Source of the DNA: Trichinella spiralis
Taxonomy: Eukaryota
Assembly: GCF_000181795.1 (NCBI RefSeq)
Contig: NW_003526948.1
Location: 711,935-765,582, forward strand
DNA length: 53,648 nucleotides
Direction of reading: 5' to 3'
Part shown: in pieces, positions 10,692-24,219 of the stretch
Position numbering within the stretch: position 1 is the first letter of the stretch
Layout of the letters: every line of letters begins with the position of its first letter
Notes under the pieces: generated by a model
Told to the model about the DNA's origin: nothing
The model's input: the letters and a program-made list of their open reading frames with translations, nothing else
Database searches by the model: none
Made by a program: the position numbers and the translations under genes

Positions 10692-13399
10692 CATCACAAT
10701 GAAATATTTGTAATATTATTGTAATGTAAACATTAAACTAAACTGTATCTACAAGTTGTTATTTCGACTTATTAAATTATTATTGTGTTGTATTATTTAA
10801 ATGCAAACATTTTTGAAACCAATGAGCAAATTATGATAAATATTTGACAGTTTGCTCCTCATTATCATTGATCATTAACTAAATCGATTCATATGTTATC
10901 ATAATTTATAATGTGGGCGTTGAATTCATTATTCGATGAAACTGGTGAATATTTTAGAAAAAAAGAGAATTTTTCATGGGAATAATTAATTGAATATTTC
11001 CAAAATAATTTTCTTACCTTCTATCTGTTGCTCTTTGGAGTAACTTGTTGGCTTCATTTAACAAACCTTTTCTGAACTGCTGGCTAAGAATACCACAAGT
11101 TCTTTTTTAATTATAATTTTGCAATTTTTAAAAATTTTCATAATTCCACATTCTACAAACGGTTGATTTCATACTTTTCCAAAACTGAATTTCCCTACTA
11201 AGCTAGTGAACAACATCGAAGAGTTTTCCATTAATGAACACGTTTGATAAATGTAAGTCATTTTGAAGGAAGTATAAAAATTTGAATAAATACATAGACG
11301 CTGAAAGCAATTAAGATTGATATGCAGGAGCTTTTGTTTGAATAAGATAACAAACAGAAAATCAGGACAGGTAAAATTTGATGCTGTTAAGTCCACTTTT
11401 ATAGATAGACTTGTTAGTAATAATGAAAGTAGTCGAAAGCCATGGAAGAAAAAAATTGCATGTTTTCCGCAAAATGTTCAATTTGCATACAGCATGCATT
11501 AAAAAATGACAAAAGTGCAACAAGTTCATTTACTTTTTAGCATAAATTTTTTATCATCAATTTTCTTTTTAACTACAATTCTGTGATGATGCTCATTTTC
11601 TCAGATAAGGTTGTTAATTTGACTATGGTAATTCAGTGTATTCAAGTGCAAGTAATTAAAAAGTTATTTTAAAAAAATTGCATTTTTGAGTATAAAATGA
11701 TAATAGCACTGATTATAAAATTAATTAGATGTGCATCTATTAAAAGTGAGAAGTTATATTTCAATTCATTGTTGCAATTTTGACACACTGTACAAATAAT
11801 GAAGAAGGTGATGCAGTAAGTAGCAACATGTGACAAAAATACTTGGTTTGTTGCAATACTGTTTGCACTGAGGCAAGGGAAGAGCAGTGTGCAACAAATA
11901 TTTTCTATTGAATAAGAAAAGCGTGTACTGTTTCTTTGGTTTTCGATAAGCTTCATTCCATCTTGACCTAATTATTACCAATCAGTGTGCAATTCTTGCT
12001 TTTGTACATCCATGCACAGGTAGGTTATATAAAGTGATCGCCTATTCAGTGCATCTGTTTGAAGAAAGTCTCTTCAAGTGAAAACTACATTTCACGTTCT
12101 TTATATTCTTATTTATCACTGCGTGAGAAAAGACTCATAATTTTAACAGCTGTAATCTGATGGCAAAGTATATTCATTGGGAAACACTGACCAACGTGAA
12201 GAGCAGCATTGTTTGCCAATGGTCTAAGTTGACCCAACGTCTGTCAAAAAAATGAATAATAAGTACAAAATCTTGCGCAAATAATGGAAATTATTTTCAG
12301 TTTTATTTTTAAAATAAAGTAGCTTGGTTTTCAAATGGAAAATATTCCACATGTTCATTGGAAAAGGGGGCATCATTTCAATGCTGTTTTGATAATATTA
12401 TTTTTCTTTCCAGCTGATTCAAAATAAGCATAAAAAAGCAAGAGAAAATGCAGTATCAAAATCTATTTTATCAAAATTCATATTTGCCAATCATTAAAAT
12501 CACTAGTAAAAGTAAAAGAGTTGATAAATGATTATATAGAACAACCGTTGCCGTTGTGTTGACAGTGCACAGAAAGGGTTACATTAAAATTTAAAACGGA
12601 TGAGACATTGTTGCGTGACAGAGCTCGTTTAGTCAAAGCTAATTATACATAACTAGCAAGGTGGCAAGTTTGGGAAGAGAGGATTTATTGTTTTCCATAG
12701 GTCAAACATCGCTTAGAATGTTGTTCTGATGTGTAATGTTTTAACAGTATGCATATTAATTATTTTTGAATTATTGATGACGATCAGTAATTAATTTGTG
12801 CTTCAGCATGTTTTCCAACATTTAGCACTTTCAGCTTGTAGCTTTATCAATCGAAATCATACTTGATGCATGCTTCAACTGTTGATCCTTGACTGGTATT
12901 AGAAATTTTTCTAAAAAAATAAATATATAATTTTCAAACGGTAATAGAAAACAAACTTCTTCAGAAAGAACTTTCAACATATCTATAATTTTTTTTACTA
13001 GATATGAAGTAAAAGCAATGTCTAAATGGCAGTGCTTTACATTTTATGCCGTTACTAAAATAATTACGCTTTTAACTTTTCATTTAGTAGCAATTCAGTA
13101 CAATTTTATGAAATATTATTATATGAATGACCAATTTGAAACAAACAATGGTCATTATAGAAAGTTATTGAATTAGATTAATTGAAACAATCATTGAAAG
13201 TTTTCCTTTTGCATGAAATATTGAATAGTGGATATTGGGTGAACAAATGAATGTGTAATGTTGAAGTGGACATTGTTAATTAAGAGGTAAGGAAAAGCAC
13301 TGTTGCCGTTTCAAATGTAAGACTTCAATTAGTAGATGCTTAGCGTGGTCCAAAGTGTCGTTTGCCATTGCATTCTGTGCTTTTTGCGTTGGTCATCAA

Positions 13400-13720
13400 A
13401 GAAACGACAGCTGTGCGGCTTTGTTTCAGCGTTTGCATAATTTTCATCTTGGAGTGGATCAGCGACACATGGTCACATCTTTTTTCAGGCCAAAGCAGCA
13501 AAGGACAGCTGAAAGCTTTACTTGTGCTTCCGTCATCCATTTAGCTTTGCTCGTTACCGCATTTGATATTGTCATTGCTGGTCGTCGGGCCAACGTAAAG
13601 TCAAATCGTTCTCTTCTGCGCACCAGTCGCATTTCAGAGGCAGATGGGTCGGCATGGACATATGGCTCAAGTTACGCAACATACCGTTCATCCAGTGCTG
13701 GTTTCCAGTGACCAAGTGTT
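13400..13720. promoter_or_regulatory. Second E-box-rich non-coding island; candidate enhancer
   Basis: CAGCTG 13408 and 13506, CACATG 13466, CATTTG 13560, CAGATG 13641, CATATG 13659, CAAGTG 13713, with raised GC content. Confidence 0.4.
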
Positions 13721-16700
13721 GCGCAAACTCACTTCATCATGTTTAACTAGCCATCCTAAGAGAACCGCTTATTTAGTATCTTATTCTTATATTTGTTTAA
13801 CTAATTTTATACTAAATCAAGAAAAATTATCCGACTTAGATAATTTTGGCCATTGTACAGAATCAACTTTATAAAACAGCTATTTGATGGCAAGCAATTT
13901 TGAGGATGTCACGATTTTATTTATTTCCGTAAAATAGCTGTGTGAAGGCTTAATATGACTATTGCAAAGCATGTTTATCAGAAAAAAGAGCTGACTCTTG
14001 AAATTTACAATCTATAAAAAATTTGAAACATTTTCAAACATGTATCAGAGTACAGCAAGTGCTATTCAAATGGCTATCATTCAGCGTCTGTAATTGAGAA
14101 ATTGATGAAGGCGTTTTTACGCCTGTTGTGCACCTTGAACGACGGGACATCCTGATGCCTCTTGAATATTTCAAAAGAAAAGCGTAAACGTTGGTTGCAA
14201 AGAGGCGTGTCATCTGCGGTCGATTCAAATTAAGCACTGCAAAGCTTAGCAACGCTTGTCACGACCGAACAAATGCCAAATTGTGCAACAGCGTTTATTT
14301 TTTCCCTTTTTACAGGGTTTATTTTAAATATAAATTGAAGCCTCTTTTTTTGTCTTTATTTTTATTACTTTTCTTCAATGTTCAATTTTTCTTAAATGCA
14401 ATAAATATTAATTTTGCTTGAAAGCTAAACTGTTTTCATATAAGTGACCATTCATGTGTACAACGTGTTGCCAATCCAAGATTGCTTTATTTGTGGTTAG
14501 AATGAAGCTCAATAATGCTTTTTGCTTGGCCGGCACCAACCAAATTATTGAATTTGCTCTATGCTTTTGGGCAACCTGCAACCTTGCCATACTGCTGCCC
14601 ATTGGGGCGTAGTGTTGGGAACGATATACATCTTTGAATCCAGCTTTCACTTGCGCGTCTCTTTTGCTTCCTATTTCTCTTCTCAACAATTTCCAACTGC
14701 TGTTTATTCAACCAAAGCTTACTGCTGCTCGATTGATTTGCTTACATTGTCTGAAATTGTAATACACTTATGGAACTCCCAAACAATGCAAAGGGTGAAC
14801 AAGAGCAAAATACAAAAAAATTATTTTAATGGAAAATAGATTTTTGAAAATATCCTTTGATTAATACATATGCAACATTTAACTGACTGCTCTGTTAGAT
14901 GTGTAGATGTTTTGTCTTAAGAAACAATTATAAAAACAGTAATTCTGATGCAATTCAAATGTTACTAATTAGCATTTCATAAGATGAGTTCTCATGAAAG
15001 TCAGGAAGTAATTTCAAATATAACAGAATAATAAAAAAAATCACTATAATTTTGTAAATATCATATTAAAATTCAACTTAGACGTTTAAGAGTAAAAGAA
15101 GTTTCTGTGAGTTTTCAAACTTTATATTTTCATCATTTGAAAAGTAACAGAATATAATGTAGTGATGTAATACTTTCAAATTTGCAAACAATGTATATAT
15201 AATAACGCTTAGTAAGAAAAAGTTCATCTTTAAAATGTATAAAGAAATAAATACATTTTTTACGTAAAGTTATGGATTAAAAAAATAATAATAAAATTGA
15301 TGTAGTCCAATCATTAGATAGCTATTTGTGTTAGTAGAATTACTGTAAAGTAAAAATGCAAAGAAATAAGAATAGCAATAAAAGGCGTAGATTTGGTCGA
15401 TTGGAGAAATTTTGAAATTAGCCACCCGTTTTGGCTTCAACGCGAAAACTGTATTTTGTCATTAGCAAGTGCGGATAGCAAAAGGCAAGAATGTATCCTT
15501 AGCGATGCATTGATTGTGTTGAAATGTTTTGATTTAGAATAATGGCACTTTCATCATCTATTTTCACCTCAAAAGGTCTAAATTGCGCGTCATCAATGTT
15601 GTAAGTTCTCAACAGCTGTGCTGCGGAACTGCCGTTAAATGACTGGACAAATAGCTGCAAGTGAGACGAAATGCGTTTCATGCAGTCGCAATTTCGTCGA
15701 TTGTTGTACTTGAATTGGAGCGGCGGTTATAGCGACGTCCGATTCAAGCTGTTTTGTGGACGGGCGTGATCGATGCAACCCACTCGAACTACGACAACCA
15801 TTTAAACGTGGCCTCTTCAAGCGGCTTAGCCAAGCAGTACGGCTGATGATCGTTCTGTACTATGCGCCTGTCAAATTTAGGAGACCCATTAGTGAACGAC
15901 GGTCGAGGACCATGCACTCGACCGCCTTAAGTAAACTCCACCCACGCACGCGTGATCTGCTAACTGCACCCAAATATGCTTTTCATTTGCGTATATTTAA
16001 TATATTTGCACCATCACAGAAAAAAGCAACAGCAACAACAAAAGTGTGAATATTTGCTATAGAAATTATGCAATAAAAAAATCTTTTCTGTTTATACTCT
16101 ATACTGTAATTTCTGATGAAATTATTTCTCAACTTTTGCATCTATATATTTCTGCAGACAGTATTTCTGAAAAATGATGAAATTGAAAATGAATGCAATG
16201 CAAATTTTTCTCAAATAAGCCTTCTGACACTGTTCATTTTTATGAATAATAATATCAGCAGAATTGCACTGATGTTTCTACAATACTATGCTTTGCTTTT
16301 AAAATTGTCTTTTAATTTCTACACCCTAACTGTACAAACTTAATCTTCTTCCTTTTTTTACACTTTTTCTAATTAATAAACCGTATACTAAAATTTAATC
16401 ATGCATAATTCATTTTCTAAAGTAGTATTACAACGCTTATGTAGAATGCACAAAAAAACCAGCTGCTTGGATAAGAATATTAAACTTTTTAACTTATAAA
16501 TAGTATTGCTGCAAATTTACAACTTTTCTATAATGGAATTTAATTATCATTTAATGAACTGAAGAAATTAGATGACTTTTTAATAAATATGAAAGTTTTA
16601 TTTGTATTTTGTACAAATACAAATTACGGTTGTTGTGAAAAGGGATAAGTGTGAAAAATAAAAAAAGCAAGCCTTTGTAATAATGTGACAAATGGTAAGT

Positions 16701-17143
16701 TTATTAAAGAACAGGTCAAGCGATTTAAGGGAAATGAAAGCGCAGTGATGTCAATGTAGCGGATCTACTTCCGTTCGTACCCAAATGACCTTAGTATCAT
16801 GCAATCGGTTTATCTCTTTCTCGCAACCGGGTCGTACTTTGTATGTTAGTTGGGGTCAAGGCGCCAAGATTTTCTTTGTTCTTTTAAGGCAGATGGCAAA
16901 GTGGCCCTACCGATCGTTGACAAGATCAAGTGAGCCGTTACGCGGCCGTGTCGAATGGTCTCTCAGCTTGCGTAAGCCGTCTTTTTAACCAATCACACAT
17001 CAGCCTTACCACTCCTCTTCCAATTGTCCTGATTGCTTGATTAGGCAAGTCTGTTCATTCGCAGAACGGACAGACGTTGCGCTCATCCGTCCTTCTAAAC
17101 ATTTCTTAAATTTTTCTTTTTTTGACAAGCAGTCAGCTTGAAG

Positions 17144-19644
17144 ATGCATAGCCCTACTGTGCTCTTCTCTGTACAACTTGACAGGCAAAATGCTACAATT
17201 CGAGATTTAGCGCAAAATTTCAACTTCAATCCTATGCTACCTATAATCAGTCCAAATTTGTATCCGTACAATTGGTTGTACGGCAGCACACTTCTTCCAA
17301 CCTTAAATGCACAGCCTCTTAACCCTTACAATTTTGGGTTATCATTTGGTAAGAAATGCTTTCTTAATTTTAATAAATGAATGCATTATGTAAACGTGAA
17401 CAATTGTAGGATTAAACAGTCATTTACTACAGTGGGCCAACTTCAACGCAGGATTAGAATTTTTCCTAAGTCAAAACTCATTGCCTGCAAAAAGTTATCC
17501 TGAAAACAGTTTTTGCGTGGAATCAATACTTGCTTCAAAATCTTTTGATAGATCAGGTGAAACGTCAAAGAAGGAAGAAGCACAGCCGGTAGTAGAAGTC
17601 CAAGTCGAACAGAGTTTAGACGCACCATTAGTAGAGTCTAAAAACACGGCAACAGCTGCTGATCGGTTTCAGGATGGTGTTACAGTTGGTTACACATATG
17701 ATGCGTTATTCATTTCTGACGGAAGATCTAAAAGAAGATTGAATAACGCCGGTGATTCTGAACGGCATCGTTACACATGCACACAGTGTGGAAAGACTTA
17801 TGCAACTAGCAGCAATTTGAGTCGTCACAGACAAACACATCGTTCACTTGATAGTTCATATGCAAAAAAGTGTCCCGAGTGTGACAAAGTTTACGTCAGC
17901 ATGCCGGCTCTTAGTATGCATCTCCTCACTCACAAGCTAGAACATGCTTGCAAGGTAACATTAAAAAATTTTCAAAGTATACCACTCTGTGATGAACATT
18001 GAAGAGCACAGCATTTTAATGTATACTGTAACCAACCATAGGTTTAGTTAGCATGAGACGCTTTTCAACCAGTAGCAGATGTTACTTACAGATAAAAATT
18101 AGCAGCTGTAGAGGTGAAAGCGTTGGCACTATATTTTCTTAATTTCAGTAAGATTAAGTCACCGGTGTGCAAAGTTGTGTATAGGCGATTGACTTTTAAT
18201 TTGTTACGTAATCAGACATTTGCATTTGAGCACTTATGAGAGAGATATGATGATAGTCTGTAAATGTCACTACGTTAGAAATCATTTCGACTTCCAAAAA
18301 TAACAGATCAATAAAAAATTAGGACGTCAATTTCTAAGTTTCATCAAATTTTGGTTGAAAAGAAATTTTCTTATTTCAAAACAATCCTCAAATGCATTAA
18401 AATTTTTGGTATTATGTTTTACTTAGTTTTCATCATTAATTTTTTTGAATTTAAAAACATATCTAAAGATTTAATTAACATTCATTAATTATGAAATGAA
18501 TCTTCAAATTTTGAGTAGCAGATGTTTTTGAAAGAAAATGAATGAACAATCAGTTCCATTTATAAAATATACAAAATCATATCATAATTTTATATAACTT
18601 GCCATATTACAATTTTTAACAGTAAAATTAGTCTTTGTGCATGGTAAATGCATTTCAAAATTTATCTTCCATCTTGGATTACATAAAGCACTACCAGGAT
18701 GCTGCTAGAGTGGGATTTTTTGGCAAAAGTGTTAAAGCGCTTTTTCAAATCATTGCAATAATCATTTGATAAAAATAGTATTGCATTTCATTTCTCACTA
18801 TATAATTCACTTCACCATGTTAACTTGATTCTGTAAAGTAATAAGCAGCATTTGTGCTACTGCAGTTTACTGTAAAAATTTAAGCAGTGTATTTTTTTAA
18901 TGCACTGAATTACATGCTACAAGTGCAATTTATGAAATGAGCTAAACAAGAGTAATAGGAAGTCTGTGATTGCAAAATTACAATGACTGTGCATGACGAC
19001 TTAATGATATAAAACAAAATAAAATTAACTGCTTATTCCAGCTGACATCTAAAGTCAAAATATTCATATAAAAGTAAAGTTTATTAATGAAGTAGTTCAT
19101 CTTTCTGTAGTGCTTTGTTTGATGAGTATTCTAATGTTATGGTACTTTTCATAACGCCCATAACTTTTTGACAGAAAGAAGAGGTCATTTTTCACGATTT
19201 TTCTCTATAGACTAAACTGCTCATTGACCTTTAAGCATTTAAATGTTCTATTTATGGTAAACATAAAATTACTATGAATTTCCTCATTTCAATAGTTCAT
19301 ATGTTGCGTCTTTGTACTTTTTATGATGTGATTCAAATAGTATTTCGTATGCACGTAAATATAAATGGTATTTTTAGATATGCGGTAAAGCGTTCAGTCG
19401 TCCATGGCTTCTCCAAGGCCACATGAGGTCACACACTGGTCATAAACCGTTTGGATGTGCTCACTGTGGCAAAGCATTTGCAGATCGTAGCAACTTAAGA
19501 GCCCACATGCAAACGCACATCAGCCAGAAGCGCTACAAATGCAAGCAATGTGACAAAGCTTTTGCATTGAAAAGTTACCTTGCTAAACATCGAGAACTGA
19601 GCTGTGCAAAGCCAAATGTTAGTGATGTTGACTTTTCTAACTAA
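17144..19644 (+). CDS. scrt: Scratch-family (Snail superfamily, ces-1-like) C2H2 zinc-finger transcription factor, 3 exons
   Basis: Exons 17144-~17348, 17410-17954 and 19378-19644 are phase-compatible. Scratch domain [17 protein letters not shown]. Five fingers include [52 protein letters not shown] and [18 protein letters not shown]. Confidence 0.93.
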
Positions 19645-20247
19645 CAGTTCAATCAGTGCATCTTGTTAGTTGTCTTTCCCGTGAAAAGCACTGAATTATA
19701 ATTTTTATTTGAAAAGGGATAAAATATGTTTATTAGAATTTTTCATTTCAAAATTTTGTTTCGTCCTATTTGTTTTTATAATGAGCACAGTATATCTGTA
19801 TTTGAAACCTGATTTTATTCTAATCTGTAAGCACAAAGCGATATTACATAAGCGCATCACTAGAGATCGCTTATGTACTTGAAATGAGCAGTTTTGTGAA
19901 TTTTTTACCTGGTTAAGCATGCAGTCATGTATATTTAATGCAAGAAATATATTTACTTACACTGTCAAAGCGACCTGTGCATTGTGTGGTGATTGAAACA
20001 GAAGAAATTACGTAAAACTTCATAGAGACCATAAGAAGAATGTTCATGTGATTTATACAATTTAAGTAATTTAAGTTTAATTTAAGTAAATAAGCAAACA
20101 AGAAAAGAATAATGTCCACAAATTTAAAAAAAATTAAAATTTACCGTGAAAGTATTGTAAATTCTGAGGTGGATCAGCAACAAGTACGACTGCTTTCAAA
20201 GAACATTTTATTATTACTGCAGGATAGAGTGAAAAGCATAAGAACAA

Positions 20248-20336
20248 GCTGTCAGCTAGTGACTTAGAAACAGCTGCTTAATAATTCATTATAAAATATA
20301 TTTATTAAATAAAGAATTATTAAATTTAAAAAGTAA
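20248..20336 (+). repeat. 89-bp direct repeat, copy 1
   Basis: GCTGTCAGCTAGTGA[C/G]TTAGAAACAGCTGCTTAATAATTC...AAAAAGTAA, with one mismatch to the copy at 21667-21755. Confidence 0.95.
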
Positions 20337-21666
20337 GGAGCATACGAGGGAAAAACACACAGTGAGTAACGAGAAAATGATTAACTAACCTAAAGCTAAT
20401 GCCCAGAAACGCTTTCCGCCCGGAGCAAAAAAAATTTGCATACATGCATAACATAGACGTTTGAGCAAACAACGCTGACTAGTATTCAACGCTTGCTGAT
20501 AATTCATTGCTATGCAGAGCCGTAGGCCACACCCTTTCAACAAGAAGTTTATACAAAATGGTACATAGATGTCAAAATATTGCTCTGCTGCAACCATTCA
20601 ATTTGAAATAGTTTTCCACATAACCTTTGATGCTTAAATGCATTTTGAGAATCTACTTGATTATGTAGCTAATTACAATTAATTGAGTAATTCATGAATG
20701 AAATTAACTACTGATTCTGATGAGCCAATTTGATGAACTATTTCCAATTTCAAATGTACTGCAAAACTGCGGTGCATTGACAGACGTGAATAAATAATTA
20801 ATGAAAAGCAATAGAATGACATAAACACCTTTACATCTAATAATAAATGCCGAGTTAGCGCCACAGAATTTCTGAAAGCGCAAATAAAAAAGAACTCCTG
20901 CTTTTCTCTTACTGTACCAAATGTCAGGTTTGTCATAAAATCAAGCGCATCTAACATAAGTTTTTACATGAGAAGCTTATAATGATAAAAAACATTTAAT
21001 AAATAAATAAATAAATAAATAAATATTAAAAGTTAAATTTGAAGTCTTTTATTTAAATTTGAAGAATTATAAATGCTGTACAAATCACAATGGCATTACA
21101 TATGTAACTGTTGTTAAATAAAAACTTATCAGTAAATTTATTAAATGTTGACAATATTTTTACAAAAAATTAAATTTAAAATTATTATTAATTAAATAGT
21201 TACACAATTTGAATATTGCTTTAAATAACTATCAGTTCCAGCTTCAAAGTTCATAATTAACTTTTGATTCGGTAAAAGCTGTGGAAAAAGTAGCTGTGAT
21301 ACGTGTTGCGAGTTGCATTTCTTTTTTATTTATTTTTAATGTAACAAGATTGAAACTGAGATAAAGCACAAGCTACAAAGCAAAGTTTTGGTGAAATTCG
21401 GAAACGTTTTATTTAGACATCTTATTATTATTGTTTATCCAAATGACATTAATCAACAAAGCAATTCAAATTAACGCGCATGACATGTTAGCAAACGTGT
21501 TATTTATAATGAAAATGTTCATAAACGTTCGATTAATAAATGCAGCACAATATAGTATATCTTGAAATGAATTTTTTCAAGTGTCAGTCTAATCCTGTGT
21601 CAAGAACTTGGCCAATGACAAAAACGTCACAGTTGTATAAGCTTTTAGATTCATTTAGTTTAAATT

Positions 21667-21755
21667 GCTGTCAGCTAGTGAGTTAGAAACAGCTGCTTAA
21701 TAATTCATTATAAAATATATTTATTAAATAAAGAATTATTAAATTTAAAAAGTAA
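21667..21755 (+). repeat. 89-bp direct repeat, copy 2
   Basis: 88/89 identical to 20248-20336. Confidence 0.95.
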
Positions 21756-24181
21756 CTAATGAAACAATTAAAGCATGGAAAAAAATGTATATTCTTAAAT
21801 GAATGAATCGATTTCTTTAATTCTCAGTCTAATGATTGCGTATAACTTATTATAACACAACAAAAGAACGATATTTGATATTTGGATACTTAAAAACAAT
21901 CAGAATTATCTTCTTAGTAAACTTCAGCTCTATTCACTAAGGTGATAAAGAAAAGTTTGCTTTTTTTGACCTATATGTGAAAGTCATAAAATGGCCAGAA
22001 GCTGTTTTGACCAACAATTAGTGGTATTATTAGTAACTAGATGGTGACCGTTGTTTGCCAGTTGCCATCATACAGATTCAGCTGAAAGAAAGAAATTGAG
22101 TGAAAGGAGGAAAAAGCTTCAATGCAGCTGGCGTCCTATAGCAATGGCATGACCGGACGTCTGGCATGGATCTGTGTGTGGCCGGCCATAGGCGATTAGC
22201 TGAACAACGAAAAGCAATGAATAGAAAACGATGTGAAGAAAATAAATTAGGACTCTGTGAAACAATCAGGCAGTAAAAATATTATAAGCAGAATTTTATT
22301 TCTTTTTATTATTTCGATTGCTCAGTGAAAACAAATTGATAAAGCAAAAGCAACTTTTGATATTCTACTCTAGACGTGCTTATCTAGTGGTTTTTGTTTT
22401 CAAAAACAACGCTTGACTGAAGTTGAAGAAACAAATACTAGCTATTTCCGCCGAATAAGATCAAAGTAACTGAATCGAATCATTTTTCTTATCTATTATC
22501 ACCATTACGTACTTATAAATTTGCACATACACATTATATACACATATATATGTATACATGTTAATGAAATTCATTGTCTTATTGAAAGAAATAATAATAT
22601 TGTAAATAGTAAAATATAAGCACAACTAAAAGAAAAGTAAACTGAACAAACTGTGCAAGCATTTTACATTCGATAGCTGAATGAATAAAGCAGTTTTTAC
22701 GGTTTCAATTTCTATATGCAAAGATGTACTTACAAAGTGTCAATTGAATTTATTTCGAAAATTGGACAGTTTAATTAACATTTCGATGTCAGTGAGAAAA
22801 GCTAAAAATCAAAAAAGTATTCCATTAAATGCTAAATTTGGCAATGCAGATCTTATTTGCATAAAGTTACTTCAAATGTATATAAAAAGTGTGCTGTATT
22901 AAAAAATTTTTTCTTCTTTTTGGTATGTCAAAGTTTCGAATCGGAATGATAATATTTTCAGAAAAATTCACTAGCTTACATTATTAAAATAATTTTTACA
23001 TAAAAATATAATGTGAATTTTGTTTTGTTCAGAAGTGAAGAAAAGCAATTAAGCTGCTATTCAGTATTGGTGAATCAGTTATTAAAATTTGAATAACACA
23101 TTTCTATCTAACATCTAATGACAAATGGTATTTATTTGTTCGTTTCAACTAGCGCATCAGTTTGACGGCGGGCTATTTTGCAGTTGAAAAATTGCTTCAT
23201 CTGAGTAGGAAGATGGTTGATTTCTTTTTGCTTTGATCTGCTAATTTATTCGCTTTGCTTAACAGTACGCAGCTGGGACAAGGTTTATTTGTTGCCGACA
23301 CAGTTGTTTTGCATTTCTTTCAACTTCCCCCTTTTGAAGATAAAAATTTCAAACAAATTTGTCATAAATTATATTCTCTAAATTTGCTACTTTAATAAAA
23401 GACTTTACCGCTTCGGTTCTTTTTCTCTCAACTGAATGTGTCAACAGCAACAAAGCCATGCTAGCAAATAACACTTTCAGAAATTCTTACCAGAACATCA
23501 AATCACATATTTGTTCTGACATCTATCTATCTATCTATTTATATGCATTTATAATAATAATTGCAATTTACATCTCTGCTTTGCATTTTCACACATTCAC
23601 TCACATATAACTGCTTCATTATTAATTATCTGTACTTTTGATTATAAATAATAATAATAGCAATAGTCTAAGACAACGCTTTTATTGCAAATTGCTAAAT
23701 AGCTTTCACTTCTGCAAATGATTATGATACAGTTTTAATGAAAAATTGCTTTACTGCTCATTTGGTTGCTCATTTCAAATAATTTATAACTGATATACAA
23801 TAGCCAAGAAGAAGAAGATCATTAAATGAGTTAGTAAAACAGTTTGCATTGAATTTTTGCTTTATATAACTTTTTCTATTCCTTATTATTTAATTTAATA
23901 GAGTTTTATTTCTTTTATTAATTATTGCAATAAGCAAATGTTATTCAAATAAAAAAATTTTAATAAAATGTGAAATTGTATAAATAAGCATTTGCAGGTT
24001 GCATGCGATCTGAAATGGACACGGCCGATTTTATTTATTCTAAATCATTTTTAAAAAGTTAATTTCTAATCTAAAGTAAATGTGAAAGTCTAAGCAAAAT
24101 ATTGACAACTTCAGTAAGAAATAAGAAGTAGTCAACGTTTGAGAAAATTTGAACTTTGCAGTTTTGCACTCAGTACATTCA

Positions 24182-24182
<1 letters not shown>

Positions 24183-24216
<34 letters not shown>
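24183..24216. repeat. (TA)n microsatellite
   Basis: Perfect TA run. Confidence 0.95.

Positions 24217-24219
<3 letters not shown>

Noticed and set aside
13340..16049. Overlapping 60-118 aa ORFs in the scratch upstream region
   Set aside because: Present on both strands, mostly with non-ATG starts and no motifs. Explained by locally higher GC content.
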